From a virus (taxonomy: Duplodnaviria; Caudoviricetes), in the IMG/VR virus record IMGVR_UViG_3300028920_000023: a stretch of 64,000 bases of DNA, one strand, 5' to 3'. The notes below the pieces were generated by a model that did not search any database, was not told where the DNA came from, and saw only the letters and a list, made by a program, of their open reading frames with translations. The position numbers and the translations under genes are program-made. This document shows positions 36,026 through 45,302 of the stretch, piece after piece. Numbering within the stretch: position 1 is the first letter of the stretch; each line of letters starts with the position of its first letter.

Positions 36026-37301
36026 ACCACTCACCCCTAGTCATAATATGGTGAAAACCATAAACAAGCCAATCCCCACCTAAGAAAAACGGCTGAAAAT
36101 CAGCATCAATCCACAACAATTTCATCTTGCTCACACCCAAATTATGAGCATTCGCAAGATCCCTAGAAGTCTCACCAGTCACCCTAACCTTCAACCTCAT
36201 AACCAAATTCAACATATTCAAAAACATACCCCTAGCCCGACCGTCAATATAATCCTGATACCGTAAACCAAGATCCCCCGCATTATGCTCAGGAATCGCC
36301 AAGACGCTAGTAGACCACTCATGTGGCTTCTCGAAAGAACCAGGAGGACCTTGAGGCTTCTTAAAACCCTTTCTCTCATCAATATTAACATTCTTCTTAG
36401 AAGAAGTATTCTCATCATACACATGTGCAAAAGTACGACCAGCATCAGTAATCCTATCAATATACTTCTCAGTAGTAGCAGAAATACCCCCAGTGATAAG
36501 CTGCCTCTGAAATACAGAAATAAACGTATTCGCCAAAAACTCGAAGTTCATACCATCATGGCCACCAGGTGCATTCGTATCAAAAACCCAAGAACCATAA
36601 TCGATAGGGTTCCTAGCTGCTTGTTCCTTCACCCAAATAACAGGAACCTCATTCTCCAAATTCCCATCACTAGAAACAATAAAATTCGTCTTATTGCCAG
36701 TAACACTAGAAGCCCAATCAAGCAAAGAACCTATAAACGTCTTAGGATCCATCCTCATCATATACCACTTATTCTTAACATTATCTAAAGTCTCACTGAC
36801 CTCAACACGACCACCCTCTTCAACCACAGACCTATTAGGCTCAATAAAATAACGCTGAATAACCTGCTCAATAACCTCCTTTACGGAACCCTCATAAACC
36901 TCACCAGAACTATCCCCAGCATTAAGCCAATAAGACGGAGGATCAACAGCAACAAACTCAAAACCACCACCAGTATTAATACCATTAGCCCTAACATCAA
37001 CCAAATAACCTAAATGCTTACCCGTACGATCCGCGCCAGGCCACTCCAATTCCCACACAACCTTAGTCGGAATCCTTCTGCCCCTATCAAGATACTTATC
37101 CTGAGTAGCAAACTCCCTAAGGACGTTCCAATAAGAGTCTCTGACTTTACCCCTGACGATATAACCGCCATTGGTCATAGCTTGCCACTCGAATCTTTCG
37201 AAGATATATCCAAGGTCCTTTCCTCCTTCGATTGTTAAATATAACTTGGGACGTGACGAAATCTTTGTTAAACCGGTTTTGGCCATATTATGCCTCAGCA
37301 A
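35970..37301 (-). CDS. putative baseplate hub (gp27/GpD-like)
   Basis: YEGSVKEVIEQ, LRVRVTG-like, GDWLVYGFHHIM..GEWFTDLYL.R; likely start at MAKTG. Confidence 0.55.
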   Translation of the reverse strand: MLRHNMAKTGLTKISSRPKLYLTIEGGKDLGYIFERFEWQAMTNGGYIVRGKVRDSYWNVLREFATQDKYLDRGRRIPTKVVWELEWPGADRTGKHLGYLVDVRANGINTGGGFEFVAVDPPSYWLNAGDSSGEVYEGSVKEVIEQVIQRYFIEPNRSVVEEGGRVEVSETLDNVKNKWYMMRMDPKTFIGSLLDWASSVTGNKTNFIVSSDGNLENEVPVIWVKEQAARNPIDYGSWVFDTNAPGGHDGMNFEFLANTFISVFQRQLITGGISATTEKYIDRITDAGRTFAHVYDENTSSKKNVNIDERKGFKKPQGPPGSFEKPHEWSTSVLAIPEHNAGDLGLRYQDYIDGRARGMFLNMLNLVMRLKVRVTGETSRDLANAHNLGVSKMKLLWIDADFQPFFLGGDWLVYGFHHIMTRGEWFTDLYLARLDYDASAVKV

Positions 37302-37607
37302 CTAGATCTAACTTGGGTTCTGTACGACAAAAATTCAAACCATTACTTACTTCTATATTTAGGAGAGGCAGAAGGCTACACCATAGCCATCGACGCACGT
37401 AGAGCAACACCAAGAGATACTATGATAATCCGAGCCAACCTAAACCACCTGAGAAGAACCAATCTAGAAACCGTCCTAGAATGGGTAAAGAAAGAATTAC
37501 CCGACCTATATAACAACGCAGTAAAGAAATTCAAAACAAACCAACTTATTATAAAGAAAGAATATTCACTTTCTCAAATTGATTCTATTAAGAAGACGAG
37601 TAAGTGA
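37290..37607 (+). CDS. hypothetical protein
   Basis: 105 aa with A/C-rich codons. Confidence 0.5.
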   Translation: MPQQLDLTWVLYDKNSNHYLLLYLGEAEGYTIAIDARRATPRDTMIIRANLNHLRRTNLETVLEWVKKELPDLYNNAVKKFKTNQLIIKKEYSLSQIDSIKKTSK

Positions 37608-38588
37608 GCCAGCATTCAAATTATACACATTATTCTCAATATAAGACCTAGACGAACCAGGACACTCACTGTCCATATCGTTCCAATCAATATCTGGGTC
37701 CGGAGGAATAGAATAAGCCAATTTCCTGACCTTATCCCTAAGAACAAAATAATTCTTCTTAATAGACAAAATACCAGCCTCATCAGCATCCGGAGCCAAA
37801 ACCACAAGACCAGACTCAAAAGAAACCAACTTCTTAACCTGCAAACTATTACGCGACATCATAGCACCACCAGTAGCCACACAATCACCACCAATACCCA
37901 AACAATTAAAAATAGACTCAACAACAACCACCGACTCACAACCATACTCCACATTATCAAAACCATATAAAAAATCAGACTTAGACAAACCAGTCACAGA
38001 CTCATCAGGAAAATTAAACCTCTTATTCATAACAAACCTCTCCTGCCAATAAACCAAATCATCATACTCAAAATAAGGAAAAACAATAGTAGAAGGAGTA
38101 TAATACAACCTATTCCTGGAAATCACATCATCAGAAACACCACGACCATACAAATACCGCCTATACGCCCTCTCCAACTTCTTCCCAGAATCACCAAACT
38201 CCTGACTATGTTCAGGGAGCTTCAAATGCTCCTGCGGCTTTTCATCCTTCTCCTTTTTAAGGTCCCTGATCCTATTACGCTGCAACAACCTCCTAGCAGC
38301 ACTAGGCGCACCACCAACATCAGCCAAAGCCTTATAATACGACAAATTCTTATAATTCATTACAAACTTAATAAAAGAACCATCATAATCCTGATGTTTA
38401 GGACGGAAATCATGCACCCAATTTGATACAATACCACGTTTATTCTCTTCAGCGATCAAATTAATATAAAGATTAAACCGTTTATCGCCATCCGGATTAC
38501 AAATACGCAACTGAGTCTTATTCTTCGAATACTTATATTCGAAATGCCTAGATACCCAATCTTCAATTTGATGAGCTTCTAACTTCAT
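37566..38588 (-). CDS. DNA primase (TOPRIM)
   Basis: YLYGRGV, IVFPYF, VVVVESIFNCL, VATGG, APDADEAG, DWND. Confidence 0.8.
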   Translation of the reverse strand: MKLEAHQIEDWVSRHFEYKYSKNKTQLRICNPDGDKRFNLYINLIAEENKRGIVSNWVHDFRPKHQDYDGSFIKFVMNYKNLSYYKALADVGGAPSAARRLLQRNRIRDLKKEKDEKPQEHLKLPEHSQEFGDSGKKLERAYRRYLYGRGVSDDVISRNRLYYTPSTIVFPYFEYDDLVYWQERFVMNKRFNFPDESVTGLSKSDFLYGFDNVEYGCESVVVVESIFNCLGIGGDCVATGGAMMSRNSLQVKKLVSFESGLVVLAPDADEAGILSIKKNYFVLRDKVRKLAYSIPPDPDIDWNDMDSECPGSSRSYIENNVYNLNAGSLTRLLNRINLRK

Positions 38589-38606
38589 ACAAATAAAATA
38601 TCATAT

Positions 38607-41333
38607 CTAAGAACACTTAGAACTACCACAATCTTGACAAGTCCTACAAGTGCCCTCAAACTTCACATTACTACTACCACAATCAGTACACTTAAACGAA
38701 CCCTTAGCTTCCTTAGCATCAATATACTCAGTCAAAGCCCTCGCAATAGCCTTAGCAAACGACGTAACCGTCTCCTGAGACTTCAAAATCTGATCAACCA
38801 CAAACTCAATAGGAACACCATGCCTCAAAGAAGTAGAAATCAGCCTAGTAATAAGAGAAGCAGCCTCATCCTCATACCTATTCAATTGTCTTACAACCAT
38901 GGCACCACTCTCAAATTCATAAGTACCCTTCGCTTCGCCCTTATTCTTATGCTTAATTATATGACCCTTCTGCCTATCTGCAACACCAGCCTGAGCATGA
39001 TCTAAAGCAAAAACCTCGAAAACTCTACCCTTCAAAAACCCAATAAACACCGTATATATCTTACCATTCGGCTTAATCAAACGAACAACCGCATCCAACT
39101 TCCTAGGCCTCTTAGGAGACTTATGGCGCTTAATTTCAGATTCAGATTCGGATTCCGTAACCAAAACACCCTCTCTACTACCATCACGATAGACCGTAAT
39201 ACCCTTACAACCAGCCCTCCATGCCTCCTGATAATAATAGGAAATAACATCAGGCTTGCAATCCCTAGGAAGATTAACAGTATTACTAATGCTCTGATCG
39301 ATATACCTGTTCGTCACGCTCTGTAATCTGATCCTATGCTTCGGATCTACATCATGTGCCGAAATAAAATAATCAGGCAAATCCTCAGTATTATGAATCT
39401 CGCAATATTTCCTAGCAGCTGGATGAAATACGGTATGATGTTCTACCTTCTTTGACGTCCCCAGATTGGTCTTTCTCACATGCTTCATTTGGAATACTGG
39501 CTCTATCCCGGATGAGCATTGGGATATAAGAGAAAGAGAACCCGTAGGTGCTATGGCATGGATGCTTATGTTTCTGAGACCCTCTTTCTCTATTCTCCGT
39601 GTCAATCCCTCTGGGAGAGATTGCATGAATTCAGACTTCATATGGGTCTTGAAATCATAAACGGGAAAAGCACCTTTCTCAACTGCTAAATCACATGACG
39701 CCTCATAACTGTCATGGGCAAAACGGCTCATTACCTCTTCTGTCAATTCTATTGCAGACTCGTCATCAAAACGCATGCCCATCATCAGGAACAGATCAGC
39801 TAGGCCCATGATGCCCAGACCTAGGCGACGTCCATTGTCATTGGCCCATTGTTGGAATTCTTGTGGGGCTTTTTCTAGCGTTATAATATTATCTAGGAAA
39901 CGAACAGCGAGTTTTACATCTGATCCGAATTTATCATAATCGAATTCAGCTTCACTTGAAAATGGATCCTTTACGTATTTGCTCAGATTCATTGAACCTA
40001 AATTGCAGGAATCACCATGGGATAACAACGTTTCACCACAATTACCAATAATTACACCATTAGCAACAAAAGAATTTGTTTTTGGTTCTGTAAGGCAGAA
40101 TGTCTCATCTATTTTAAGATATGAGATAGATATTATTTTGGATTTAAATTTATTGTTATCTTCATAAGACCATAATTCGTCTCCTTTATTTAATTGTAAC
40201 AATTCAATTCTGCTACCATCAGTTTTTATGAATTTATGATTAGAGGTAGCATCTATATAAGAACCATTGTCCAATAATACTCTGAAGATCTTTTCTGATT
40301 TAGAAGTCCTATAAACTCTTGTTGCCTTCCCAGGACCATTAATAGTCATAATATCCAATACCAGACCTTGATCCCTGCTAATATACTCCTGATATTCGCC
40401 TTCTGCCCATAATTGTCTGGCTGTCTTATAACCAGAGTCTGTAAGAATCCTTGTATCACCAGTAATGCAAGGATTTGTAGTAACACACCCAAAACCACCA
40501 TAATGATGCGCCGGCACCGTCCTCTTAACAGTATCCCAAAACAACATACCAGGCTCACCACGCTTCCACGCACGATGAATTATCTCATTCCAAACCTTCC
40601 TAGCAGGGACCGTATCAAACACCTGGCCATTCCACTTCAAATCATACTCTCCGTCATCCTCAACAGCCCTCATAAACTCATCAGTAATCTTAACCGAAAC
40701 ATTCGCATACCGAACTAAATCAAGATCATCACCGCCCTTGATCTTAATGAAATCCATAATATCTGGATGATCAACATCAATCGAAATAAGCAAAGCACCT
40801 ATCCTACCATTCTGACCAATCATACCAGTCACAGTACTGAAAAATTGCATAAAAGAAACAGAACCTGATGACGTCCTAGCGGCATTGTGTACAGGCAAAC
40901 CTTTGGGTCTAAGCCTCGAAATATCGATACCACAACCGCCTCCGGCCTTGTAGGTCTCAGCCATCTTATATGCTGTATCGAATATACCTTTAATGGAATC
41001 TTCCTGAATGTCTATGACGTAGCAATTTTTTAGGGTTATGTTGGCATATGGGTTTCCTAGGCCGTATAAGATTCTTCCACCTGGTACAAATTTGAAATCT
41101 TCTAATAAGTCTCTGAATTTTAATTCAAATTCTTTTTTCAGCTGTTTTATTTCGGCTTGTGATATTGCTTTGGCTAATCTATCCCATAGGTGTTCTGGTT
41201 TATGTTCTGTATATAATTTGGTTTCTGGGTCTTGTAGGAAGTATTTGTCCACTAATATTTTGGCTGCTAGACGGTCTTTTGTTATTGTTTCGCATGTTTT
41301 ATATGCTTCTTCGATGGTGATACCTTCTGGCAT
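38607..41333 (-). CDS. nrdJ: class II (B12-dependent) ribonucleotide reductase with intein and C-terminal TSCPD/Zn ribbon
   Basis: FVPGGR, NCYV, GGGCG.D.S.LRP, TTNP|CGE, SCNLGS, RRLGLG.MG, IAPTGS, DQSISNT.N, CKGITVYRDGSR. Confidence 0.93.
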   Translation of the reverse strand: MPEGITIEEAYKTCETITKDRLAAKILVDKYFLQDPETKLYTEHKPEHLWDRLAKAISQAEIKQLKKEFELKFRDLLEDFKFVPGGRILYGLGNPYANITLKNCYVIDIQEDSIKGIFDTAYKMAETYKAGGGCGIDISRLRPKGLPVHNAARTSSGSVSFMQFFSTVTGMIGQNGRIGALLISIDVDHPDIMDFIKIKGGDDLDLVRYANVSVKITDEFMRAVEDDGEYDLKWNGQVFDTVPARKVWNEIIHRAWKRGEPGMLFWDTVKRTVPAHHYGGFGCVTTNPCITGDTRILTDSGYKTARQLWAEGEYQEYISRDQGLVLDIMTINGPGKATRVYRTSKSEKIFRVLLDNGSYIDATSNHKFIKTDGSRIELLQLNKGDELWSYEDNNKFKSKIISISYLKIDETFCLTEPKTNSFVANGVIIGNCGETLLSHGDSCNLGSMNLSKYVKDPFSSEAEFDYDKFGSDVKLAVRFLDNIITLEKAPQEFQQWANDNGRRLGLGIMGLADLFLMMGMRFDDESAIELTEEVMSRFAHDSYEASCDLAVEKGAFPVYDFKTHMKSEFMQSLPEGLTRRIEKEGLRNISIHAIAPTGSLSLISQCSSGIEPVFQMKHVRKTNLGTSKKVEHHTVFHPAARKYCEIHNTEDLPDYFISAHDVDPKHRIRLQSVTNRYIDQSISNTVNLPRDCKPDVISYYYQEAWRAGCKGITVYRDGSREGVLVTESESESEIKRHKSPKRPRKLDAVVRLIKPNGKIYTVFIGFLKGRVFEVFALDHAQAGVADRQKGHIIKHKNKGEAKGTYEFESGAMVVRQLNRYEDEAASLITRLISTSLRHGVPIEFVVDQILKSQETVTSFAKAIARALTEYIDAKEAKGSFKCTDCGSSNVKFEGTCRTCQDCGSSKCS
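40041..40469 (-). mobile_element. 143-aa mini-intein at the RNR active-site Cys
   Basis: NP|CITGDT...ATSNHKF...TFCLTEPKTNSFVANGVIIGN|CGE; no endonuclease domain. Confidence 0.92.
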
Positions 41334-41985
41334 TTTTATCTCCTAGTTCTGTTCCTAGTATCTCTCTGATTTGAGGTTTGTAATTTAGAATCAGTTTGTG
41401 TCTTTTAAATCTCATTTCCCTTTTACTGGGAAGCATTGATAACTCGTCATCGTCAAGTTGTTCTAATGCCTCAATGCAAGATTTGGATAAGGAGATAAAC
41501 CCTGCAGTTATGCGTCTCTCCCTGAACCATCGGACAATATTGGCGTATCCTAATCTTCTTTTACGCTCCGATAGTGTCTCTTTTAGGTTTCTCTTTTTCC
41601 CGACTTTCATTTCTTTTAATACGAAAAGATATGATGCTTGTATATTCTTTATTTCTCTCATCTCGTCATTAACTTCACGTTCAAGCTCGTTTATACATTT
41701 ACTTATAGCATCCTTCTCGTCCAGTATCGCTATACCCCTTCGATACAATGATTTAGTCTTGTAACCATCTTCCACTATATGTGCAATAACAGTTGACATC
41801 ATATCGTCCGATATATCTTCTTTCTCTAGCTTCTTAACGAAATTATTTAAATATCTCCAACTATAAGTCTTTCTTGGATCTGTATTATCTGGGAATTGTA
41901 TCGACTTCTTGTATCTCAGAGCGTTTTTCTGAAATAATTCGTAAACACGAAAAATTTTCTCTTCTCTAGTAGCTTCTGCAATCAT
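41299..41985 (-). CDS. hypothetical protein
   Basis: 228 aa, overlaps the nrdJ start. Confidence 0.6.
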   Translation of the reverse strand: MIAEATREEKIFRVYELFQKNALRYKKSIQFPDNTDPRKTYSWRYLNNFVKKLEKEDISDDMMSTVIAHIVEDGYKTKSLYRRGIAILDEKDAISKCINELEREVNDEMREIKNIQASYLFVLKEMKVGKKRNLKETLSERKRRLGYANIVRWFRERRITAGFISLSKSCIEALEQLDDDELSMLPSKREMRFKRHKLILNYKPQIREILGTELGDKNARRYHHRRSI

Positions 41986-42040
41986 CGCTTTCTCCAGTAA
42001 ATAGTGTAGACACTAAGTTTAAATACCACGGGGAAACGAA

Positions 42041-42301
42041 ATGGAAACCAAATCGGAAGCCTCCCAAAAGGCAGATTTGAATAAAAAAGAACAGCTATCA
42101 GACTGGGCAGACAAAGTAATAGAAGAATTTAACGAAGTGGCGAAAAAACACAATATAACAAATATGGCGGTAGTATTCACGCATCCAGAAACTCAAACAC
42201 CAGCTGTATCCCAATTAGGACACCCTTACGACGTAGCTAAAATAATGGCAGCAGCAACCAGAGTCCTAAAAAACGAAATAAACAAACAACTAGAGACCTG
42301 A
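42041..42301 (+). CDS. hypothetical protein
   Basis: 86 aa, GGGG SD, divergent. Confidence 0.55.
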   Translation: METKSEASQKADLNKKEQLSDWADKVIEEFNEVAKKHNITNMAVVFTHPETQTPAVSQLGHPYDVAKIMAAATRVLKNEINKQLET

Positions 42302-43177
42302 TATCCTCTTCCAATAATAAGTAATCTCGTACGAATCAGGATTCCTACTCTTCGCCTTCTTAAATAAAACGTTAAGACGAGTATTATAATAATACTCACC
42401 ACGAAACGTAGACGCATCAGGCTCATAAGAAGAAAAAGAAGCCTGCGCACCACCCAACAACTCAATCAAATGCATAGAATTACCACCAGAACTCCTCTCA
42501 CCACTAACCTCAGACAACTTCTCATAAAAACGCTCAGTATTCCTAAACACCTTCTTAATACTAGGAACACCAACCTCACCAGGACCAATACCCTCAGGCC
42601 TAATAATCTGATCAATAACTAACGTAGGAGAACCAACCGCCTCTCCAGACGAAATACCAGAAGGACTAACCAAACCCTCAGAAACAACAATAGGAGTACC
42701 AAAAGCCTCACCAGAAGAAATACCGGAAACATCAACATAATCAGTACGATGAATAGTAGGCTCACCAAAAGCCCCACCAGACCCAATACCAACCGCAATA
42801 ACCAAACTCTCCGGAAGAACCTCTAGAGAACCAAAAGCCTCAGCCGAATCAATACCAACAACCTCAATAATCTGATCACGAACAACAGACGGCCTTCCCA
42901 CCTGGCCGGGACCAATACCAAAAACATCAATACTAACATTACCCTGTGGCTGTATCCTATATCCAAGAGGAGTCATAAAACCCTGAATACCAGAAGTAAC
43001 ATCCGCATCAGGATTATAAATAGGACCTAAGACGTCAATATTATGTTGACCAATAACTACAGAACTGCCGCCGGGAAAATCGTAAGCGAGCGTAATATCA
43101 TCAACATGAACAACGCCCAACGCCGGGCCAACAGCATCGACCGCAGAAGTTGGCCCCCGCGCAGATAACCCAGCCAT
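42290..43177 (-). CDS. putative virion fibre/decoration protein with (S/G)GI.S.EAFG.P repeats
   Basis: About 7 imperfect repeats such as GISSGEAFGTP, GISSGEAVGSP, GIGPGEVGVP. Confidence 0.55.
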   Translation of the reverse strand: MAGLSARGPTSAVDAVGPALGVVHVDDITLAYDFPGGSSVVIGQHNIDVLGPIYNPDADVTSGIQGFMTPLGYRIQPQGNVSIDVFGIGPGQVGRPSVVRDQIIEVVGIDSAEAFGSLEVLPESLVIAVGIGSGGAFGEPTIHRTDYVDVSGISSGEAFGTPIVVSEGLVSPSGISSGEAVGSPTLVIDQIIRPEGIGPGEVGVPSIKKVFRNTERFYEKLSEVSGERSSGGNSMHLIELLGGAQASFSSYEPDASTFRGEYYYNTRLNVLFKKAKSRNPDSYEITYYWKRISGL

Positions 43178-44838
43178 TAGACAACCTCTGGTTTAGGATC
43201 AATGTATAAGAAAGCCCCAGCCTTCCTCTTCGTAAGATGCACACGAACAGGAACAATGCCGGATTGACCAGGAGTAATAGGAAGTTCCAATTTGAAAGGA
43301 GTAAGGCCAGAATCACCAACCCAAGAAGAACCATCAGTTAACAGATCAACAGCAACCTTCGACGATGCAAACTCCCTAGTACCACCAGAAACTTCAGACA
43401 AGTAATCCGTCTCCAAATAAAGATCATCCTGTAAAGGAGGGTCCCCACCATAATTCTTATAAGCACCATATACAACAATAGTAGAAGCAGAAGCAGGAAC
43501 ACTAGCATAAATCGTCTCTAAACCATGAATAAACGGAATCAAACCGAAATAATTATTAGGATCATCAACATCCCCAGAATCCATATCATATTTAAGAGAA
43601 TAAGACTCGCCACCAGTCCGATTCACACTGTTCGTGGAAACAGTACCCTTCGAACCAAAAAACGACCAACTTCCAACAACACCACCAATATCACCAACAA
43701 AAGCACCAAACTCATTCGTACCAAACATCGTACCAACAGACTCAACATTCTGCACAAAATAATGTTGGCCAACACCAGCACTAAAATTAGACACAGAATT
43801 AGTGGCAAACGAGAAATTAGAACCAGTAATAATCACGCCAGCTGAAGACTCAATAGCATAATCAGAATTAACCGCCTGTGTGAAATTTTTAAAATGAATA
43901 ATAGAGCCATGAGTATCCGAATCACTAAGATCAATCTTCCTACAGGAAACAACATCAAGATTATAAATAAACGCCTTACAATCTAATTCCAATATTATAT
44001 TCGAGGTTGATGTGGAAGTAGAAGCATCCGACATAACGCAATCGGCCATATAAACCACAGCAACCAAATTAGTACTTCTGAACATCACCTCAGCCATGGA
44101 AGTATGTTCAGATTCCAAAATACAATTTATGAAATAATATCTTCCTCCACCAGATATTAGCATCTCCCTACCATAAGTATTATCATCGCCAATTTGAACA
44201 ATAGTACAATCCTTGAATACAATCTCGCCAGATGAAGCAATACTATAAACAAAAGCAGAACTGCTAGTAGAGCCAGTCCTCTCCAGAATGCAACTATAAA
44301 AACGAACATCACCGCCAGTAATACGAACAGCACCATCGTAAGTAGCATCCGTATGGAAATAACAATTATAATAAGTAGAATCAATATCTATTATAATATT
44401 CTCAATAGAACTACCTGTGCCAGTACCGCTCACCTCTATTCTATGAAATTCCTGGGAAATACCAGTCTCAACATTCAACAATTGGCCATTAAAACCATCA
44501 GATTCTACGACAGCATATTCGCCGGGATCATCATCCCATAAGGCCCTGGCAACTGCCGGTCTAGTCGCATAGTAGATGTCATCATCTTGATCTGTCCCGG
44601 AAGTGCCACCTGTAGAAGCACCAACAGGCCAACCGACATAAGTCACCCCAACATCAGTGAGCGTTTGTGCCGACGATACAGTAAGCGTTTTGCGTCTAAT
44701 CCATACGAAATCACCATTGTTAAATGATTTTCCGAAGATCGTATTATACGCGCCAGGTTGTCCACCACCGGAAGCCTGGGAAGGAGAAGTGCCATCGCCA
44801 TCGAAAGTGGCACTAAAGTCCACAAAATGATTAGCCAT
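43177..44838 (-). CDS. putative virion protein with beta-helix-like body
   Basis: Ser/Thr/Asn/Gly-rich 553 aa with periodic F.NC/F.DC motifs. Confidence 0.55.
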   Translation of the reverse strand: MANHFVDFSATFDGDGTSPSQASGGGQPGAYNTIFGKSFNNGDFVWIRRKTLTVSSAQTLTDVGVTYVGWPVGASTGGTSGTDQDDDIYYATRPAVARALWDDDPGEYAVVESDGFNGQLLNVETGISQEFHRIEVSGTGTGSSIENIIIDIDSTYYNCYFHTDATYDGAVRITGGDVRFYSCILERTGSTSSSAFVYSIASSGEIVFKDCTIVQIGDDNTYGREMLISGGGRYYFINCILESEHTSMAEVMFRSTNLVAVVYMADCVMSDASTSTSTSNIILELDCKAFIYNLDVVSCRKIDLSDSDTHGSIIHFKNFTQAVNSDYAIESSAGVIITGSNFSFATNSVSNFSAGVGQHYFVQNVESVGTMFGTNEFGAFVGDIGGVVGSWSFFGSKGTVSTNSVNRTGGESYSLKYDMDSGDVDDPNNYFGLIPFIHGLETIYASVPASASTIVVYGAYKNYGGDPPLQDDLYLETDYLSEVSGGTREFASSKVAVDLLTDGSSWVGDSGLTPFKLELPITPGQSGIVPVRVHLTKRKAGAFLYIDPKPEVV

Positions 44839-44853
44839 CCCAATCTCCCTGGC

Positions 44854-45258
44854 TTAAAGCTTGAAAATACGATTAACTCCGGAATCCCACCGCACTTCCA
44901 CATCACCGCCACTCGGGGTGAACGGAAGCCCTGACGCCGTATCTATAAACGCAATCAACGGGGAAGTACCCTCAACCCCAGTATCCTTATATAATACAAT
45001 CGCAACTACCTCAGAACCGGTGACAGATGTAATGGTTTCATCAGCAGCATCTGCCACACCATCTGTGGTCGTCTTAGCTGAAAGATTAGCTGATGTATCG
45101 ACCCTATTGCCGGCTACAATATCACTCAGGAATTCATCATTCGCAAGGTCTTCCGAATATCCGGAAGTCACCAATACGAACTTAATACTATCACCGGACC
45201 AATCCAGAGACCCCTCTAGGAATTTCTGTCTGGCTTTGTCGTATAATGCATTGGCCAT
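44854..45258 (-). CDS. conserved phage structural-type protein
   Basis: MANALYDKARQKFL..DW..D.IK.VLV..Y...DGV.DAAD.T; GGAG SD. Confidence 0.6.
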   Translation of the reverse strand: MANALYDKARQKFLEGSLDWSGDSIKFVLVTSGYSEDLANDEFLSDIVAGNRVDTSANLSAKTTTDGVADAADETITSVTGSEVVAIVLYKDTGVEGTSPLIAFIDTASGLPFTPSGGDVEVRWDSGVNRIFKL

Positions 45259-45302
45259 GAAAAATCTCCTCAGATTAGCGCGCTATTTTTAATTTTGACT
45301 CT

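Noticed and set aside
24309-37301. Extracellular contractile injection system (eCIS/tailocin) interpretation of the baseplate block
   Set aside because: Neck proteins, a full replisome, RNR and a tRNA on the same contig indicate a phage.
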